Of a stretch of 29,154 nucleotides of DNA, positions 24,510 to 29,154 are shown one piece after another (the stretch's first letter is position 1; each line of letters begins with the position of its first letter). Made by a program: the position numbers and the translations under genes. The stretch is taken from IMG/VR virus record IMGVR_UViG_3300042196_000047, positions 1 to 29,154 of that record; one strand, given 5' to 3'. The notes below the pieces were generated by a model. It was given only the letters and a program-made list of their open reading frames with translations. It was not told the DNA's origin and did no database searches. This stretch comes from a virus (Duplodnaviria > Caudoviricetes).

Positions 24510-26894
24510 ATGAAGGCTACTCCTTTAGTCAACAATCTAAACGCCGGGGAGATAAGTCCCCGCATCGATGCCCGCTCCGACGTGGAGAAATACCACACCG
24601 GATGCAGGGTGTTGGAGAACATGGTGCCGTTCATGGAAGGGGGGGCGTCAAGACTTCCTGGCACCTACTACGCGAACGAGGTTAAAGTGTCCAGCACAGC
24701 GACCAGACTCATACCGTTCCACTTTTCTACCGTGCAGGCGTACGTGATAGAATTCGGAAATCTATACATCCGATTCTATATGGATGATGGGGTAATAATG
24801 GATGGAATAAGCGTGTACGAGATCGCCAGCCCGTATGCGACCGCCGACCTGTTCAAGCTTAAATTCGTTCAGTCCGCCGACGTGATGTACATATTCCACC
24901 CGTCGTACCCGCCCAAGAAGCTTACCCGTACCGCCCACACGTCCTGGACTCTCAATGATTTCGTGGCCAAGATTCAGCATCATTTCGAGATCACGGCGAT
25001 CACCAAGGCCAACCCCGCTGTGGTCACGGTTACGTGGACGGACACGGGTTGGGCTGCCTCCACCAGCTACACCGAGGGAGACATAGTAACAAATGGGAAT
25101 TACCATTACTATTGCCTCCTTTCCCACACGTCCGGCACGGCCTTCTCCACGGACTTTGCCATCGGGTACTGGCAGAGATTGGACCTCCCGGAGGCGGGTG
25201 ATATTGTTTATATTGAGAGCGTGCAGGGAATGACGGAAGTGAATAATCTATTTTTCACTTTGGGGACCGTGACGGATGGAGCAGGAACCATAACCATGCA
25301 GTTATCCGGGATCGACTCCAGCGCGTATGGGGCGTGGACGGCGGGGGGATTAGTACAGAAGGCCAAATACGGCACAGCCGATAACCGCCCCTCATGTGGA
25401 GCATTCTTCGGCCAACGGCTGGTATTGGCCGGGAGCAATAACGAGCCCCAAGGATTGGCCGCATCGGTGTCCGGGGACTACGAGGACTTCACCGAGGACG
25501 CTACCATCGACTCCGCCTCTATTTCCTATGTTATATCATCCGGGAAGGTGGACAGGATACGATGGATGCTGGGAGAGGAATACCTAATATTGGGGACCAC
25601 TGGAGGGGTGTGGAAATTTAACCTCCCCGTCACTCCCACTACCGTTCCTCCATCTGCTCATAAGCACGTGTTCGTCGGAGTCCAGGACATCCAGCCTCAG
25701 ACCGTAGGAGACTTTATATTTTGGGTCACGCGCTCCGGCCTCAGCCTGAGACAGCTTACATTCGACCTGAGCACCGATAAGTACAGAGCGCCCGATATGA
25801 CCCGCCTTGCCCGTCACATTACGGCGGGAACATCCATTGCCACGTCGGGGATTGTGGACATGTCGTACCAGCAGGAACCCATTCCCATACTGTGGGCCGT
25901 GAGGGCAGACGGAACGCTTTTGGGGTTCGTTTGTGACATCATGGAGAAGGTGTTCGCATGGTTCAGAGTAGTGACGGATGGACTATTTGAATCCGTGGCG
26001 GCAATAAGCCAAGATGGGGAAGAGGATCAGGTGTGGGTAGTGGTGAACCGAACTATAGGGGGTAGCCCCGTCCGCATGATCGAGTATTTCATGCCCCACG
26101 AGTTCTACTCCCAAATTAAAAATTGCTTCTTCGTCCATTCCGGGCTGTCATTCGACGGGGGAGCAGCCGTGAATATCGCTGGAATCACGAAGGCCAACCC
26201 GGCGGTAGTAACCGTGGACGCATGGCCCGCCAATGGGGCTGGAACTGACCTCGTGGACGGGGATAAAGTGATGATAGAGGGGGTAGTGGGGATGACTCAG
26301 GTCAATCAGACGTATCCATTAGCTGCCCCATTCACGGTGGCCGGGGCTAATAAGGGGGCATTGACATTCCAGCTATCCGGGATTAATTCCTCCGCCTATA
26401 CTGCATGGGCGTCCGGGGGGACGGTGAAAATAGTAAAGAACTCCTTTACCACCATGGACCACTTAATTGGGGAATCGGTAGTGGCGTTGGCCGATGGCTA
26501 TCCCTGCCCCGCCGAGACCGTGGCCGCCGGAGGCAACGTCACCTTTGACTACTATGGCAATCAGGTGCACGCCGGGCTTGAGTACATCCCGGAAGTGGAA
26601 CCGATGAAGTTGGACGCGGGTAGTCAACAGGGGACGGCGAGGGGGAAGAAACAACGGATCCACAAGGTAACATGTTGTTTCTATGAGACCGGGGAGGGGG
26701 TAAAGATGGGACCTACATCCGCCAAGTTAAGAGATGTAGGGGAGTTGGACGCTGGGGAACTCAATACTAAGGACGTGTCATTTCAATTCCCAGGGGGATG
26801 GGCGGGGGATGCTACCATGCATATCAGACAGACCAAGCCTCTTCCCATGACCATATTGGCGTTAGTGCCGAGGCTGGATGTAAATGAAGACTAA
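24510..26894 (+). CDS. tail nozzle (tail tubular protein B-like)
   Basis: N.GEISP....R.D...Y, GG..R.PGT, RLIPF.FS..Q.Y..EFG..YIRFY, QSADV....HP, QRL, PLPMTIL; two ITKANPAVVTV repeats and a CBM5/12-like insert. Confidence 0.88.
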   Translation: MKATPLVNNLNAGEISPRIDARSDVEKYHTGCRVLENMVPFMEGGASRLPGTYYANEVKVSSTATRLIPFHFSTVQAYVIEFGNLYIRFYMDDGVIMDGISVYEIASPYATADLFKLKFVQSADVMYIFHPSYPPKKLTRTAHTSWTLNDFVAKIQHHFEITAITKANPAVVTVTWTDTGWAASTSYTEGDIVTNGNYHYYCLLSHTSGTAFSTDFAIGYWQRLDLPEAGDIVYIESVQGMTEVNNLFFTLGTVTDGAGTITMQLSGIDSSAYGAWTAGGLVQKAKYGTADNRPSCGAFFGQRLVLAGSNNEPQGLAASVSGDYEDFTEDATIDSASISYVISSGKVDRIRWMLGEEYLILGTTGGVWKFNLPVTPTTVPPSAHKHVFVGVQDIQPQTVGDFIFWVTRSGLSLRQLTFDLSTDKYRAPDMTRLARHITAGTSIATSGIVDMSYQQEPIPILWAVRADGTLLGFVCDIMEKVFAWFRVVTDGLFESVAAISQDGEEDQVWVVVNRTIGGSPVRMIEYFMPHEFYSQIKNCFFVHSGLSFDGGAAVNIAGITKANPAVVTVDAWPANGAGTDLVDGDKVMIEGVVGMTQVNQTYPLAAPFTVAGANKGALTFQLSGINSSAYTAWASGGTVKIVKNSFTTMDHLIGESVVALADGYPCPAETVAAGGNVTFDYYGNQVHAGLEYIPEVEPMKLDAGSQQGTARGKKQRIHKVTCCFYETGEGVKMGPTSAKLRDVGELDAGELNTKDVSFQFPGGWAGDATMHIRQTKPLPMTILALVPRLDVNED

Positions 26895-27351
26895 TCCAAA
26901 ACTCACGTTGCCTACATTCAGACCTGAGCATGCATACCGGGTGCTGGAACGCCTAATAGAACTTAAATATACTGTGGTCCCGAGGGAACAGTGGGATCGG
27001 GCCGTGCATTTGTGGGGGAAGGGAAAGGCGTGGACCCTTATGGCTGATGGGATGATAGTAGGGTGTGGGGGGATGATGATGCAGGATAGAGGGAAGGGGG
27101 AAGCGTGGGTTATAGCAACCCCCCTGATCAGCAAATACAGGAAGTCCGTGTACAAAGTGATACGCAACATGCTGGGGATGATGACGAAGGAATATAAGTT
27201 GAGGAGGGTGGAGGCGCTTTGCCCGTGCGGGTACGAGAGAGGTAGACGCCTGCTGGAGCATTTAGGATTCGTTAATGAGACCCCCGACGGGATGAAGCAA
27301 TACGGGCCGGGAGGGGAGACTTACTACCTATACGGAAGGGTGACGAAATGA
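26884..27351 (+). CDS. GNAT-fold protein at the T7 gp13-like position
   Basis: IVGCGG....G.GEAW; RRVEA; R.LEHLGF..E...M..YG..G..Y.LY. Confidence 0.7.
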   Translation: MKTNPKLTLPTFRPEHAYRVLERLIELKYTVVPREQWDRAVHLWGKGKAWTLMADGMIVGCGGMMMQDRGKGEAWVIATPLISKYRKSVYKVIRNMLGMMTKEYKLRRVEALCPCGYERGRRLLEHLGFVNETPDGMKQYGPGGETYYLYGRVTK

Positions 27352-27791
27352 GCGGGATGATAGGAGGAATGGCTGGCGCTGCAGGAAGCTATAACAAGGG
27401 AAAGGTGGAACACGACATCGCCAAGTTTAACACCCGCATATACGCGGCTAATAAGGAGGCCGTGAAGGCCAAGACCCAGTATGAATTGCTGCTCCACAGC
27501 CGGGATGTGAGAAGGACCATAGGGACCCAGCAAGCCATGTTTGCTGCCGCCGGGGTAGAGACGTCCGATACTCCACTTGCCATTATGGCCGAGACGGCGG
27601 GGATGGGGGCGGAGAAGGCCCGCCTCCTCCAGTATAGAGGAGACGTGGAGGCGGCAGAGTGGCAGAATAAGGCCCTAATGAGTAGGTTTCAAGGAAAAGT
27701 GGCATTCAAGGCCGGACAAATGGGAGCAATATCGGGGGCCTTTGGAGGAGCGGCCAGCGGCGGAGAATCAGCATATAGCATGTTTAAATAG
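27348..27791 (+). CDS. internal virion/ejection protein (T7 gp14-like position)
   Basis: Gly/Ala-rich termini; G.Q.A..AA.GV....TP motif. Confidence 0.65.
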   Translation: MSGMIGGMAGAAGSYNKGKVEHDIAKFNTRIYAANKEAVKAKTQYELLLHSRDVRRTIGTQQAMFAAAGVETSDTPLAIMAETAGMGAEKARLLQYRGDVEAAEWQNKALMSRFQGKVAFKAGQMGAISGAFGGAASGGESAYSMFK

Positions 27792-27799
27792 GAGACGGT

Positions 27800-29154
27800 A
27801 TGCCTAAACTACTACCAAGAATAGTAGGGGAAAATATAATGCCGGGGAGGGCTGGGGGAGTTCCCATGAGTCCTAACGTCATGGACCCATTGGCCAGGGC
27901 CATGGAGGGATTCGGAGAGGCATTAGGGAAAGTAGGAAAGGTGGGGGAGAAAGTATATAAGGACATCAGCGAGGCCGCCGAGACTGAGCGCATAATCAAT
28001 ACCCACTACAAGGTAAAGGATGAATTCATGCGGACGACCCAGGGATTCAAGGAGAGGGTGGACTACGAGAAGTTTGACGACGACGCCGCCTCCGAAGAGG
28101 ATAGGATAAGGACCACATTCGCGGGTGGGTTGAAAACTAGGAGGGAAAAGGAGGCGTTCTCCCGCTCCTTTGGGTCCATGGCGTCCAGTTTTAGGGAGAC
28201 CATATTCAACAAGAAGGCCCAAATTATCACGAATAACGCCTTGGCGGCGTTCGACCGCACTTACTCCGAGGGAATAGACATGTATATCACTACCTCCGAC
28301 CCGGAGATGCAGAAAGCTATCAAGACCAACTTGGAGATAGAATCGGCGGTGTTGGTAGAGAAGAACATAATGAAGCCGGATAATAGGGACGCCTTATTGA
28401 ATAAGTTTGAGGCCACGGCTGAGGAGACAAAGGTAAGAATGGTGGGACTCAAGGATCCTATGATGGCCAGGGAGATGCTGGACGACCCCAACGAGCTTAC
28501 CCACATCGACAAGATAAAAAAAGTAGCGTTGGCCGAGCACATGGAAACCAGAATTAGACTGGAGGGAAGCAGAATTGACAAACTATCCTCCGCCTTGCAG
28601 CGCGAGAACCAAGCCAACGCGCTGGATGACTTCGCGCTGGGGCAATTAGACTTCGACAAACTAATGGGGTATAGGGCAAGGGATGAGGAGACGGGAAAAC
28701 CAGGGTTATCGGATGCCTTCTTCTCCTCCATGCTGGCGAAGGTGAAGGGAGGAGCGGACTACACCGACGAGGACGTATTCAATAGGCTATACACCAAAGA
28801 TGAATTGACCCTGGGGGACGTGGAGGAAGAGGCCGACTCCCTAAGCGTCAAGGATCAAAGGACGTTACTGAGACGCATCGTGAGTGAGCAGAATGAAATA
28901 GAAAGGGATTCCCGGTATTTCCGCAGACAACAGGAAATGGAAGAGAGGAGAGTGGTGGGGGACGAGAAGAGAATAGAAAAGGAGAGAAGGGCGTCATGGG
29001 CAAGAACGTCCCGCTCCATATTGACCAAGGGGATGAATGAAGTGGGAGTGGACGTCAAGGACGGGGCGGACATGCTAAGGACGTTTCAAGGGTACGTGGA
29101 CGATCCGTCAATAGCCCCCGAAGATCTCCCCGACATGGTAGAGAAATTAATAGA
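27800..29154 (+). CDS. large helical internal virion/ejection protein; runs off the window
   Basis: Not in the ORF track. AGGAG before ATG 27800 (MPKLLPRIVGENIMPG...); no stop found in the part translated by hand, and its absence from the track fits an ORF open to the edge; follows the gp14-like gene. Confidence 0.7.
   Translation, partial: MPKLLPRIVGENIMPGRAGGVPMSPNVMDPLARAMEGFGEALGKVGKVGEKVYKDISEAAETERIINTHYKVKDEFMRTTQGFKERVDYEKFDDDAASEEDRIRTTFAGGLKTRREKEAFSRSFGSMASSFRETIFNKKAQIITNNALAAFDRTYSEGIDMYITTSDPEMQKAIKTNLEIESAVLVEKNIMKPDNRDALLNKFEATAEETKVRMVGLKDPMMAREMLDDPNELTHIDKIKKVALAEHMETRIRLEGSRIDKLSSALQRENQANALDDFALGQLDFDKLMGYRARDEETGKPGLSDAFFSSMLAKVKGGADYTDEDVFNRLYTKDELTLGDVEEEADSLSVKDQRTLLRRIVSEQNEIERDSRYFRRQQEMEERRVVGDEKRIEKERRASWARTSRSILTKGMNEVGVDVKDGADMLRTFQGYVDDPSIAPEDLPDMVEKLI

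Noticed and set aside
1-29154. Integrase/att sites, tRNAs, T7-type RNA or DNA polymerase, lysis genes
   Set aside because: None recognised in this window; lifestyle and host cannot be determined from it.

Overview
Part of a tailed dsDNA bacteriophage genome with a T7/BPP-1-like podovirus virion module, arranged as two divergent arms. The left arm (- strand, ~10.8 kb to the left edge) carries small early genes, many of them Cys/Zn-type. It then carries an XRE HTH protein, a PD-(D/E)xK exonuclease, a RepA/AAA_25 helicase with an adjacent iteron-like repeat cluster, an HNH nuclease, a Sak4-like ATPase, a SEC-C protein and an ERCC4 nuclease. At the left edge, and missing from the ORF track, is a truncated PurZ/PurZ0-like enzyme that points to 2-aminoadenine (Z) DNA. 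The right arm (+ strand, 11.6 kb to the right edge) carries TerS, TerL, portal, scaffold, major capsid, cement, adaptor, nozzle and ejection proteins. Main observations: (1) the PurZ-type gene; (2) a complete type I hammerhead ribozyme at 7563-7643; (3) a perfect sigma54 promoter with two TGT-N10-AC(A/G) enhancer-like sites upstream of the first early gene; (4) two signal-peptide proteins inside the head module; (5) a C-terminal L-x-Y-x-x-[ST]-P-K tag shared by the scaffold and two small proteins; (6) a portal-like peptide in frame with the XRE protein; (7) a TerL N-terminus with no canonical start codon; (8) a duplicated nozzle N-terminus fused to adhesin-like domains. All family assignments come from motifs recognised by eye; no database searches were run.
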